From assembly GCA_001724265.1 (NCBI GenBank), contig MEDY01000244.1:1-45853 (forward strand): a stretch of DNA of 45,853 nt, given 5' to 3'. The stretch is from Rhizaria sp. SCN 62-66. Its lineage: Eukaryota. Numbering within the stretch: the stretch's first letter is position 1; every line of letters starts with the position of its first letter. The position numbers were made by a program, and so were the translations under genes. The notes under the pieces are model-generated. The model searched no databases, had not been told where the DNA came from, and saw only the letters and a list, made by a program, of their open reading frames with translations. Positions 1 to 12,694 of the stretch are shown here, in pieces.

Positions 1-3000
1 CGGTCGCGCACTGCACGCTCTGCGGACCTGCGGATCGCATCCGTGGCCTGTGAGGACGCGTCAACTCCCACGGTCGCCGCGGCCTCGCTCAGCGCGGGCG
101 ACGGGGAGGTTGAGCCAAGCGGGCTGACGAGGCAAGCGGCCGCGGCAGCGGCGGCTGCGGCCACGGCGGCGGCGTCTTTGCTCGCTGCCGCGGCCACGGC
201 CTTGGACGCGCCCGCGGAGGTTGGGGCAGCGCCCGCGGCGGCGGAGACGACGGCGGCAGCGGCGGTCGCGGTAGTGGCGACGGCGCCGGAGCTGGCGGAG
301 CCACCGGCGGCCGCGCCGCTGGCAGCAGAGGCGGCCGTGAGCGCCGCAGTGGCGGCCGCGGCGGCCGCGTTGGCGTTGGCGACAGTAACCGACGCAGCGG
401 CCGCGGCGGCGGAGACCAAGCGCGCTTCCTCTTCGACGAGATCGGCCCAGCACGGCAACAGCGCCATCGTGCGGTTCGTCATGCTGACCGCAGCCAGCGA
501 GGATGATGCTGCGGTGAGCGCGGAGGCGGCGGCCGAGAGCTCGGCACGCTGATAGCCCTGCATCGCGGGCTCCACGCGCGCGCACGTTTGCGCCTCGAGC
601 AACAAGCGGCCGTAGGGCGCGGAGACGGTGACCAGGTCCAGACCGGCCTTCTCGCGGCGGAAACGGTACGCCGACAGTCTAAACAATGAAACAAGAGTTT
701 GAACAAGTAAAATATATCGTGAGATGTTGAGTTAATGTGAATAAGAAAGGAGCAGCAAAGAAAATATGATCAAATAAAATAAAAGAAGCAAGCAGTGATT
801 CGTACCCAAGGGCCTCCACGTGGCTGAGCGCGGCTGCGACAGGGATATGCGAGTTGGGCAGCAAATCACGAGCCAGCATCGCAGGGTGCACAGTCATAAA
901 TGCGAGCGCAGAGACGTCCTCGCGGTGGCGGCCGCGCTGGTGCGAAGGCAGCGCATCAAACAGCTGCTGCAGCACAGGCATTTCGCCCACGCCGCCGCCG
1001 CCAGAGTCGCCACCCCCGCAGCAGCCGGCGTCGTCGGGCGACGCGTAGCCCGCGGCGCGACGCGCGTCCTCGTTGGCCTGGCCGCGCGCGTTGCGACCGT
1101 CTGAGCCGTCGCCGCCGCCGGTGCCGCAGCAGCCGCCCGAGCAGCAGCCCTTGCCGCTGCTCGCGGGGCGGTCGAAGGTCTCGGCGTTGCTCCAGAGCTC
1201 GCCGTCGGCCGCGTCGTCGTCGTCGTCGAACTCGAAGCCGACCGTGGTGCTGCGCTGGCGGAAGGCGTTGGACCCGTCGCTGTCGTGCGCCGACGCCGAC
1301 GCGGCGCGCGGCGCGGAAGACAGCGGAACCATCTCGATCGCGAGCCCGTCGGCGGTGCCGGCGGCGGACGCTCTCTCGCGCGCGGCGGCGGCAGCGGCGG
1401 CGGCAGCGCGCGTCTCGCGTTCGGCCTCGGCCTCGATTCTCTTGATCGCATTTCGCTTTGCGCGTTCACGGCGGCGCGCGTCGGCCTCGGCCACGGATGC
1501 GGCGTCCATGCCGAGCGACTGCTGCAGGATGTTGGGCTGCGACACCATGAGCACAACGTCGTGGCCGCCGGGCGCGACCGAGAGCTTCGCGGCCCACGCG
1601 CGTGCCACCATCAGCGACTGCGGGTCCGTCGCATAGTCGCGCGGGGAGAGTCCGAAGACGTCGGACGACAGCAGCGCGGGAAGATCGGCGCTCGCGCACC
1701 GCGGAGCGCTCAGCGCGGCCTGCAGCAGGCGGGCGCGCGACACAGCCGCGGCGCTCAGCGCGGCGCCGCGCATGGAGACGGTGTACAGGTGCGCGAACAG
1801 CGGGCACGTCGCGGCAGTAGCCTGCTGCGAGGTGGAATCCGCGCGAGAACGCTTGCGCGACATGCTATGCGTCGCGTGCGCGTTGCCGTGCGTCGTCGGC
1901 GAGTGCTGCGGCGGCGGTGCGTGAGGGAGCATCAGCGCCGCTGCAGCGTCGTCGTCGTTAGCGATGTACGCGCCGACGAGCGGGAACGCGGCAACTGCGT
2001 TGGCGACGGCCAGCATGCGCAGGCGCGCGTCCGGCCCGGGCTCCCAGCACAGCCCCGCGCCCGCGTGAGCGCCCGCACTGGTGGCGACGTCACTGCCGTC
2101 AAGCGCGGCGAGTAGAGCGGTGGCGAGCGGCGCGGCAGGCGCGGCGGCGAGCGCGGCGACCTCTGCGCTAACAGTCACCCCCGCGGCCTCGGCCTCCGCA
2201 AACAGTGCCGCGGCGGCCGCGGTGGCGACGGCGGCGACCACGGGCGTGACCGCAGGCAGCGCGGCGCAGGGCGGGACTGATTGCGGCGGGTCGACCCAGT
2301 ACACGTCGCCACCGTAGGGCTCGGCGGAAAGAGCGTCGGCGCGCGCCCACGTGGCCACGTCGTCTCCGGCAGCGCCAGGTCCCCCCGCAGCGGCGCCGGC
2401 CGGGGGCGCACCGCCGGCGTTCGCGCCCGTAGCGCTGCCGCCGGCAGTGGCGCGGAAGGCGATGGGCTCGGTGTCGGGGTCGAGCGCGGCGCACTTGCCG
2501 AGCAGCGAGAGCAGCGCGGTGAGCACGTGCGGCGGCAGCGGCGGCACCGACATCGGGCCCCCACGCTGCGCCGTGTCGCGCTGCGCCGCGTCACTGCGCT
2601 GCACAGCGTCGTGGCGTTGCGCGGCGTCGCCGCCAGCAGTCGAATCGCTGCCCGCGAGCGGGTACGCGGCGGCGGCCGCGGCGGTGGCGGCGGCGACGTA
2701 GGTGGACGCTGCGCGGCGGCCCTGCATGCGCAGCATCACAGCGAGCGGCCGGCGCACGTACGCACCCAGCGTCGCGGCGACGGCGCGCAGGCCGCAGTAC
2801 TGCGGCATCGGCGCCAGCGCGGGCATGTCCGCGGGCGCGGGCGCGGACCGCGGAGGCGTCGGGAACGTTAAGTGGTGAGCGAGCGCGGTTTCACCAGTGC
2901 GGACGCCGGCTGCTGTGTTGGAGTTGTGCGAGCTAGCGGTGCTGAGGCTGGGGACTGCGAGGCGGAGCGAAGACGCGGGCTTGTCGCCGGCGTCCTTGGT

Positions 3001-6000
3001 CTCCTCGTGCTCATCACCTTCATCGCCCTCGATCAGCGGCGCGCCGGGTAAGCTCAACACCGACACAGACGGCGCGTGCATCACGGGATAAGTGTCGACA
3101 CCGTTGCTGGTGGTGCCCGTGGCCGCGGCGGCGCGGAGCCGCGTGGCGTCGGCGGCGTGGTGCTGAACCTCGGCACCGGTGCGCGCGGTGAGCGCGGAGA
3201 AGATCATGATCGCGGCCGACGCGCGGGGCCGCTGGTACAGCGCGGCGAGGTGCGCCAGCGTCTGGTCGCGCGGCCCCATCGCGGGCAGCGCGGCGAGCGG
3301 CGGGGACATCAGGTGCGGACGCGGCGTCGCCGTCGTGGGCGGGGTCGCGGTGGTGAGCGCGGTGAGGTAGATGTCGCCACAGGGCGCTGGCGCGGGCGGC
3401 AGGGAGACGCGGTAGGCTTCGGATAGGAGCTCGCAGAGACCGCCCCAGGACACCGAGGCTGGACCACTTACAGCAGAGGAATTACCGTTGTGTGATCCCT
3501 GGGCGCTCTGAGTCTGGCTGCTCTGGTTCTGTCCCTGGGCCACCTGGTTAGGGGAGATTACGATGGCTGACAGAAGGCCGTTCACGGGAGTTGCGGGGAC
3601 AGGCGTGTGCGTCGTCGTCGGAGGCGTTCCGTGCGAGGCCGTACTAGAGGTACTACTGACGCTCGCACTCGGGTTCAAGGCGGGAGCGTCGATCGAGGCG
3701 CGGATGCAGCGGAGCGTGCGTTGCACAAAGTCAAGCCGCCTGGGCTGCGCGTCGAAAAACGCGAACCGCGCGCCATCGTCCTTGCTCTCATCGCCGTGGT
3801 CGCCGCGCTGGTCCAAGAACGCACGGCGCGCGCGCGCCTGCGCTGCGGCTTCATCGTCCTCGCCCGCAGCGTCGACGCCGACGTCGTCCTCGTCGCCCGC
3901 AGCGGCGGCGCTAGTGGACGACGCCGCCGCGGCGCCCCCGGACTTGCCGAGCACGGGCTTGCGCGCGCTGGCGCCATAGTACGCGTTTCTGCCATTGCCT
4001 CTACCGTTGAGATCGCCGTCGTCGTCGTCGTCATCGTCGTCGGGCTCGTCGGCCTCCTGCTGCATGCGGCGCACGTCGTCGAACGCGAGTCCTTCACGCG
4101 CCGCGCCGCGGCGGGCGCGGCCGGCGCGGACGCGCGCGCGCAGACCGGCCGCGCCTCTCGCGCCGCCTCTCGCGCCGCCGCCGTTGCCGTCGTCGTCGTC
4201 ATCGTCGCCGCAGTCGCCGTCGCCGGCGGCGTCGGGGAGAATCGTCTGCCCCGCAGCCGTAGCGGGTACGTAATCCTCAGCGACGCCGTAGACCGCGCCG
4301 GGCACCGAGGCGACATCTTCGGCGCGCTCAAAGCCGAGCGCGGGGCCGAAACGCAGCGGGCGCGCGCGGCGCTGCCAGTAGAACCCCATGGCGCCGGCGT
4401 CAGGCCGCGGGGCGACTGCGCCCGCGACGGGGCCAGTGCACGGCGGGAGCGCCGGGTGCGTCACAGGCAGCAGCGGCGAGAGCGCGCGGGACGGGAACGG
4501 CGCCCACGCGGCCGGGCGCAGAGCGGGCAGAACGGGGCTGGGGAAGGGAACCCACAGCGGCCACTGCGGCGGCGCGGCGGGCGGGCCGGCGAGCGTCGCG
4601 GGGGCCGCCTGTGCGGCCGACGGCCGCGATGACGCAGCGCTGTTGGCGCTGCTATTGTTGGTTGCGGTGGGGATGCGGTCGAGAGGACGCAGCACGGGGC
4701 GAGAGAAGCCCTGCAGCATTGGCACGGCCGAGTCGAAAATAGACGGCGGTCCTGTGGCAGTCGCAGTGTTGACAGAACTTGTGTTGTTGTTGTTGTTGTT
4801 GCTGGTGCTCGTGGTGTTGTGAACGCGCGTGCCAAGAGTTGCAGAGTCGGGATCCGTCCCGACAACCGAGACCGCAACACCAGACGTCGTACGCGCAGAG
4901 CTCTGCATCGAGCCATTATGCGTGAAACCACTCTGCGCCAAGTTGCTTTGCGCTGAGTTACTCTGCGCGGCAGACTGGGCGCCGAAGCCCATGGCGGCGC
5001 CGGTGGCGCTCGATGCCGCGTCGGGCGACGACGGCACGTACGGCGGCTGTGGGGGCGCGAGAGGGCCAGCGCGCATGCCCCTGCTAACGCCACCACTTGA
5101 GGCACCGGCGCGGAAGCTGCCGCGGGGTAATGGCGGATTGAACGCCGTCGGTCCGCCGATCGCGACGGAGCGGGAGACGGAGACGCCGTCGCTGTGGTCG
5201 ACGTCGGTGCCGGCGCCGGCGTCGCTGTCGTCGGCGCTCTCGCGGTTGTTGTCGTCGTCGTTGCTGCCACCGCGGTCAGCGTCACTGGCGTCCGAGTCCG
5301 AGTCCGACGCCGAGAGGTCTTCGCCGAGCATGATGGTCAACACGTCCGTCTTGTCGTCCGCAGCAGCCGCGGAGGCCGCCGAGGCTGGTGCCATGGCGGC
5401 GGCCGCCGTGAAGGCCTCCGAGAGCTCAACCCGCGCGCCGGCGGCCTCTGCGACGGCCGCGGAAGCGAGAAGCGCGCCTAGTGACTCCGTGCGCGTACGG
5501 TCGCAGTCGTCTAGCGCGGCGTGCAGCGCGGTAATGCTGCCGGCTAGCGGCGCGGACGGCACGGCAGCCGCGGGCGGGAGCAGGTGCGGGGCGAAGTACC
5601 GCAGCCAGACTTCGACCCAGTGCAGCGAGCGCGAGCGCGGGAGACCGGCGGCGGAGAGAGACGCACGCAGCGCGCGCAGACGCGGGAGCAGCACGCGGCG
5701 CCGCAGTGTCGTGAGCATCGCGCGCCGACGCGCAAGCGGGGGCACGTCCTCCGCACCCGCACCCGCGCCAGCGCCAGAGCCGTAGCCGGTCACAGAAGCG
5801 GGGGGCGCGGGCAGAGTCTCCGTGTATGTGCGGAGCGCGGCGGCGGCGCGGGAGAGGCGTGCGACGAGCCGCGCGCGCTCTAGCGCGGCGAGCGGCGCGG
5901 GCAGCAGGCGCAGCGCCGTGGGGGCGAGCCGCGCCGTGTCGAGCGAGGACCTGAGTCGGCGGTAATGCGCGAGCGGGAAGCCGAGCGCAAAGAGGTCGCC

Positions 6001-9000
6001 GACGTCGGTGCCCTGGAAGTCGGCGCCGGCGTCGAGCAGCAGCGACGCGCACAGCAGCATGTGTTGTCGCCAGGGGAAAGCTGCGCCGGGGGGCAGCGCG
6101 GTCGCGAACGCGCGCGGGAGCGAGTCGGCTGCGGCAGCGATGGCAGCGGCAGCGGTCGCGGCGGCGGCGCGGGCGTGTTGCGCGGCGGCCGCGGCGGAGG
6201 CGGTGGCGGCCTGCGCGGGCGCGTACTTGCTGCTGTTGCGGCGCGTGTTGGCCGCCAAAGTCGCCGCAGCGTCGGCAGCAGCGGCGGCACTCGACGCGGC
6301 CTGCGCGGCCTCCTCAGCGGCGCGGCGGGCGCGGCGCACGCGCGTCTGTCGCTGCTTGCGCCAGACCGCCGTGACGGCCGCTGTGTACCCAGCCAAATCG
6401 CGCTCGAAGCGGGCGCGCTGGTCGAGATACCGGCGCCAGATGCGCGTGAACACAGCCAGCGGCAGGAGACCGCCCGCAGAACACCGCAGCAGGTGCGTGG
6501 CGGGGGCGACTGCGGTCGGGTCGGTCAGGTGCGGGGCGAGAAACTCGGCCAGCGTCGGCGCGGGCGGCGTTGGCAACGCGTTGCGCGCACTGCCGCCGGC
6601 CGCACTGGCGCTCGCACTAATCGTACTGGCGACACCGGAAGACGACGACGACGAGGATGAAAGCGAAGAGTAAGCCTTGGCGGCCGAAGTGGCCTGTTTC
6701 GACCCTGCGGCGGCCGCAGCGGCGGTCGCGGCGTGCGCTGCAGCGGTGGCTTCGGCGAACGCTTCGGGGAACACCGCGTGCGCGTCGTCGCAATCGTCTG
6801 TCACCAGCGGCATGCCAAGGCGGTACATGCGTACGGGTCCCAGGGTGAGAAGCTGAACGGCGGGCAGCCAGGGCCGCGCGGGCGGCGCCGGAGGCGCGGG
6901 GACCGAGGCCAGCCCGGAGGGATCCCACCGGCTCGCGCGGCGCCGGGCCGCGGCCGCTGCGTCACTGGCACCGCCGGCGGCGGCCCCGGTCGCAGCAGCC
7001 GCGCCGGCCGGGCCTGCCGTGGGCGCGGACGAGGCGGATGGCGTGTAGTGGTTGGGCTTACCGGGGCGCAGTGCGAGGAAGATGGGCGCCAATGCCTCGC
7101 CCTCACTGTCGCCGGCGCCGTCGCTGTCGTAGAGGTATGCCAGCTGCGGCGCCGCGGCGAGCGCGATGAAAAGCCGCAAGTCCCGCGCGCGCGCCGCAAG
7201 TGAGATGAGGCGGCGGCACAGGTCGCGGCGCCCGGCGATGGCGGGCAGCGCGAAGAGCTCGGCGGCAGTGGCGAGAGAGAGCGTGTGCGGCGCCGGGGCA
7301 CGCCAGCCTGCGTTGAACGCCTCCAGTAGCAGTTCTGGCGTGACACGGTCGAGCAGCGCGGCGTCGATGTCGCGCGGACGCCGCCGCAGCAGGCCTTCGT
7401 GGCGCCAGAAGTAGTCATGCGCAACCGCGGGCAGCGGGCGCAGCTCGTGGAGGAGGTAGTGCCGCGCCAGCACGCCGACGGCCTCCTCTGGGGTCTGCGC
7501 GCACAGGGCCGGAGAGCCGGTGACCGTGAGCAGCGAGACGTCGGCGCCCGCCAGCAGCAGCAGGCGCAGCACGGCGACGGAGCCGCGGGGCAGAGCTGCG
7601 GCGGCGGTGAGGAGGGCCTCGGGGTCCGCGGTCGCCGCGAGAGCGGATGAAGCGGTGGCGAGGACCGACGCCGCGCCGCCGCCCAGAGACGGCAGCGCGG
7701 AGACGCTCCGATGCGGCGACACAGAGCTAGAGCCCGCGCCAGCGCCGCCGTTGATGCCGGCGGCGGCAGTGCCCATGACTGCGGCTGTGGTGGGGACAGA
7801 GAGGCTGCCCGCGCTCTGCGCACCGGGCATGCGACCAGCAGAGGCGGCAGCGGCCGCGGCGGCGGCTGCGGCGGCGGCTGCGGCGACGGCGGGCGGCGGC
7901 TGCGTGAACTTGTATGCGTCAAACGCGGCGAAATGCAGCGCGGTCCAGCCCAGCGAGTTGCCTGCGTTGACCAGTGCAACCAGCGGCGGCGGCGCTGAGT
8001 CGGCCGTCTGCGACCACTGCGCGCGCACGGGGTACAGGTTCGCGAAAATCTCCGCCGCCGAGCCTAGCGCAGGGCCCGCGAGGCCGGAGGGCGCGCGGCA
8101 GGCGGCCGTGGCGGCGCTGGCGGCCGCGGCTCCGGCCGCGGCGGCGGCCTCGGGGGTCGCGCCTGACGCGAGCGCCGCTGCAGAGGCCGCGGCGGCTGCG
8201 GCGGCTGGACTCGCCCCCGCGCCTGCGCCGCTGCCGATCATCCATAGCGCGGCGGCGGGGGACGCGAAGGCGTCGTCTTCGGCCTGTGCGCCGGCGAGGG
8301 CTTCCTCGGGCTCGGCGGCGGGCAGAGAGAAGAAATCAGCGCCCCGCGCGGCCGAGGCGGAGGAGGAAGATGAGGGGCCGGATAGAGAGAACGGCACCGC
8401 GTGGGGCGCGACGTGCGTTGCGGCAGGGCGCGCGCTGCCGGTGTCGATCTCAGCGTCGACATCCGCATCGACATCCCCCGCATCGTCGGCACCGGGCGTA
8501 CGGGTGCCAAATCCGACTCCGGGGCCAGCGGTCAGAGACGGGGGCCCGGCCTGCGGCGAGCTTGTGGCAGACTTACGAGCGCTGTTGCTACCGCCGCCGC
8601 CGCCATTGCTGTTGTTGCCGTTGGCAGCAGAGAAAAGCATGCCGGGCCCGCTAGCCATTTGCGCGCGCTGGCGCTCATGAATGGCCGCAATCTGCGCCTT
8701 TTGTAGCATGGCGAACTGGCGCTGCACGAGCTGTCGCCGCGCCGACACGCACGCCACCATCGCGGCCTGCGCCGCAGCGCGCTTGCGCGGGTTTGTCGCC
8801 GCAGCCAGATACGCAGCGCGTGCGGCACGTAGTTCCTTGACGGCGACGTCGTAGGATGGGAAGCCGAGGAGCACCGCGCAGAGGTCAGCGTGTCCGTACG
8901 CCGCGCCGACGTGCAACGGGCCCTCGCCGGTGACCGACGACGGCAACGGGGTCGCGCCGCAGTGCAGCAGCGCCTTGGCCACGGTCGTGTTGCCCGTCTG

Positions 9001-12000
9001 CGCGGCCAGCAGCAGCGGGGAGTCGCCGCCCAGTGAGACGGCGTCCGGGTCCGCACCGCGGCGCAGCAACAGCAGCACGGCGTCTTCGGCGCAGCGCGAT
9101 GAGGCAACGTGAAGCGGCGTCTGTGCCTGACCGTCGGGGGCGTTCGCGTCTGCGCCAGCGTCTAGCAGCAGCGTGAGCAAGCGAACCGACGGCGCAGACG
9201 CAGCGGGCGTCATCACACCCCCCGTGCCCACGCGGCCACTACTGTTGCTGCTGTTGTTGTTCGCGGCGGTGGTCGCAGTCGCAATGACGCGCTGCCAAAA
9301 CGCCAGCGCCTTGCCGGCCGACGGCGACGGCACCGCGCAGCCGTTGAGCGCGGCGTCGCCCTCGGCCAGCGCGGCCTCGTAGTCAGCCGGTCCACGGTCG
9401 CCGCCGGGGCCGAAGCCAGAGCTCGCGGCGGAAGACGGGGACGGCGCGGGCGCGGCGAGCACGAGCGCGGAGGCCGCAGGGGCGTCGGCGGCGGCCGTGG
9501 AGGCGCGGGGCGCAGGCAGGCGGATGCCGAGCGCGGCAGCGGCGGCGGCGGCGGGGTCAGTCGCAGAACCGGTCGCCACGATCGCAACCGCGGCGCTCGT
9601 CGTCGCGGCAGCGGTCGCCGCTGAAGCAGCTGTGTTATCACTATTCGACGACGAGGACGATGCAGGAGCAGCGGCGGCGGCTGTCAAAGGCGACAGAGCG
9701 TTGTCGGTGCCGCCGCGGTTGCCCCAGCGCGCCAGCCCAGGCGAACCCGCGTTGATAGTACCGTGCGCCTGGCCCTGGCCCTGGCGGGCTTGCAGAGACG
9801 TGGCGACGGCGATCGCCGCCGCGGTCTGCGCCGCCGCAACGGCCGCCGCACAGGCCGCCGCTGCCGCGTCCGCGGTCTGCCGCAACGCCGAGTGGCCCCA
9901 CGTGCCTTCGGCGAACGCATAGAGAGCAGGCGGGGGCGCGGCGAGCACCTGCAGCGCAACTGTGGGCGGCGGCACGAACGCCTGCGCAATTGACGTGTGT
10001 TGCGCTGCGTAATGCGCCGGTGTCGCGCCCGCGCCGTCACGTGCACTGGGCTCGGCACCGGCGGCGAGTAGAAGCGCGGCGACCGAGTCGTGGGCCGCGA
10101 TGGCGGCCACGTGCAGCGGGGCGCGGCCTAGCACGCACCGAGCGCCGACCAGGTCCGCCACAGTCGCGACCGAGCCCGTGCCCGCGTTCACGGCGGCGGT
10201 CACGGCGGCGGGGGCGACCGCGGCGGCGCCGGCGCCGGTGCGCGCGCGGGCGGCGGCGGCGGCGGAGGCGACCGCGGCGGCGCGCGACGCCTTGTTGGCC
10301 GCGGCGGCGCGCGCTGCGGCGACGGCGGCGGCGGCGTGGTCGATGAGCCGCCCCGCGACGTCGCTGTGGCCCAGCAGCGCGGCGACGTGCAGCGGGGTAA
10401 AGCCGGCCGCGTCGGGCGCGGTCAAAGCGTACCCGGCGGCCGGAGCGCGGAGCAGCCGCGTGACGGCGTCGAGTCCGCCCTGTGCGCAGGCGAGGTGGAG
10501 CGGACACCGCCGGTCGACGTCGAGAGCCGAGGCGTCGGCGCGGGCGGTGAGAAGCAGCTCGACGCACGGCAGCGCGCCGCGCAGCGCAGCCCCGTGCAGC
10601 GGCGTGGCAAGGCGGGAGGATCGCGCGGCAACGTCGGCGTCAGGCGTCACCGAGGCCGCCAGGAGCTTCGCCAGCGGGGCCTCGGCGCCGGCCCAGGCTG
10701 CGCAGTGCAGCGGGAGCAGGCGTTTCGCGGTGGTTTTGGCCGCGATTGAGGCGCCGCGCGCAAGCAGCAGTGCCACGGCGGCCGGACGGTCGAGCGCGGC
10801 CGCGATATGGAGCGCTGTAAAGCCCGCCGGGTCTGCCATCCACACCAGGCGGTCGCACTGCTCCCGGGCCGCGGCGGCGGCGGCCTGCGCGGCGGCGGTC
10901 GCGGCGGCAGCGGCGGCGGCGGCGGCAGCGGCGGCGTCGCTGTTGCCGGTGCCGGTGCTGCTGGAGACTGCCGAGTGGGCGTTGGCCGCGGCCGTGGCGG
11001 CTTCAGCGGCGGCGGCGACCGCGGCGGCGGCGTCGGTCATGGCATCGTCTTCGTCCAAGATAGCGCGCGTCTGGACAGTGTCGTTGGCGACAATAGCGCG
11101 CACCAGCGCCAGCAGACGCGGGTGTTCGGGGAACTCAACGGACGCGGCGCGCGCGAGCTCAGGCCGCTTGCCGCTGTCTGCCGCGGTGGCGGAGAGCGAC
11201 GTCGAGCCGTGCGAGAGCGAGGCGTCATCAGCGCTCTTGCGGGAGGGCGGGAAGAAGAATGATGCCGCGGAGCCGTCGCCGAACAGGGCGTCGTCGTCGT
11301 CCTCGGCGGCGCCGTCGCTGTCGTCGCCGGCGCCGTCGTCCGCGTCGGCCGGGTCGGCGTCCGAGCCAGAGTCAGTGTTGGGGTCCGTGTCTGACTGGTC
11401 GGCACCGGCGCCACCGGCTGCGGCGGCGGCGCGGCGGGCGCGCTGCTTGGCCTTGGCCTTACGTTTCGCGCTCGCAGCAGCAGCGGCGGCCGCGTCGGCG
11501 GCAGTGGCAGTCGAGTGTTTGCCCTTCTTGTTGGTGCTGACGTTTGAGTCTGAGTCGCTGCTGCTAGAGCCCGTGTCCGACAAGGAATCAGAGCCTGCGT
11601 CAACGGCGTCGAGAGCAACGACGTCGTGCAGAGACAGCGCGAGCGAGCCGAGGCTCACGGCGGACCCCGCGGTGGCCGAGGCGGCGGCAAAGGCGTCGGG
11701 ATCCGCGAGTTGCAGCGCATGGGCGAGTGCGGAACAGCCCTCGAGGGGGTTGAACTGTGCCAATAACGCGGGTAGCGGGTCGTCAATCGTGGCGAAGAGG
11801 CCGCTGTTGACGGCGCCCGCGGCGGCGACGGACGCGGCCGAGGCGGCGGAGACTGTGCCGAAGAGCGAGACCGAGTTGCCCGGTCCCAGCAGACGCGATA
11901 GACCAGAGATCGAAACAGAGCCAGAGCCAGGCGCGGCGCCGAGCGAGAGCGCGCCGGGCACCGCGGGACCGGAGCGCGGGGCGGGGGACGCGCCGTGAAC

Positions 12001-12027
12001 GCTCGCGGCGGAAGGGTCGGTCGGCAT
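1..12027 (-). CDS. Giant ankyrin-repeat protein (>3900 aa, 3' end beyond window); exons 12027-806 and 678-<1
   Basis: ATG at 12027 (MPTDPS). About 11 ankyrin motifs (GFTALHIAA, LLPLHCAA, ATPLHGAA, RCPLHLAC, FTPLHVAA, RAPLHVAA, TPAHYAA, QTPLHVAS, DSPLLLAA, EGPLHVGA, GWTALHFAA; LLDAGAD, LLLAGAD). The ORF-track stop at 679 is an intron acceptor; splicing GG|A gives ...VEALGLSAYRFRREKAGLDLVTVSAPYGRLLLEAQ..., which stays open to position 1. Confidence 0.85.
679..805 (-). other. Spliceosomal intron (127 nt, phase 2) in ankyrin gene
   Basis: AT-rich island in GC-rich CDS; donor GTACGA at 805, pyrimidine-rich tract ending TTTAG at 679; removal restores the frame. Confidence 0.85.
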
Positions 12028-12694
12028 ATGCGCTGCGCAAGGAGGCAAGGCTCGGAGGCGCGCGCGGTTCAAGTGTGCGCGGGGAACTTGGCGTGGTGGA
12101 GGGCGTAGTCGTAAAACCTGTTCGAAAGAAAGATGTTAGGATTTCTACGGAGAAAAGCGAGGTATTTAGATGTAAAGGTAAGACTAGCACACCATATACA
12201 AAAATAGACTCAATTTTCGCAAGGTAAAATGTCCTAAGATGAGTTCGTGTGGCGGCACCTGCCCCACAGCCAGAGCAGCTGGGTTGGCTCGAAAATTAAA
12301 GTGCCAGTACACACACAAAACGGATGCTTGGGAAAATATTAAGAATGAAAGTGGAAGTAACACGGTCCTTACAATCCGAACAGTACGCCGACAATCCTCC
12401 CGACGTCTCGGGTGTCGCGATTCAGCAGTCGTTTTTGACTGTTGCTCGCCACTGGTGAGACCAAATCAAAAACCAGAGTCAGACTGTCCGTAGTAATCCT
12501 TTTAGTCGCGGCAACGAGGAGTTTTCGAGTCGAGCTTGACCGCTGCGTCACGGCTGACATGTGCGTCTAGGGTCCTATATGTTTCAACTCCGCAATTCTA
12601 TATGGTTCCTGTATATATACTGCGCCATTTATTGTGTTCTTGTATTTTTACTCACCCTGACGGATGTTTGCTTGTTATTCTCGCCATTTTCAGC
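12028..12694. promoter_or_regulatory. Probable bidirectional promoter/5' UTR region between divergent ankyrin and DDX47 genes
   Basis: ~670 nt lower-GC spacer between head-to-head genes; positional inference only. Confidence 0.35.

Noticed and set aside
679-681. TAG 'stop' of the 3797 aa ankyrin ORF as a real TAG terminator
   Set aside because: It is the intron acceptor (TTTAG); the preceding F/I/L-rich residues are translated intron and the gene continues.
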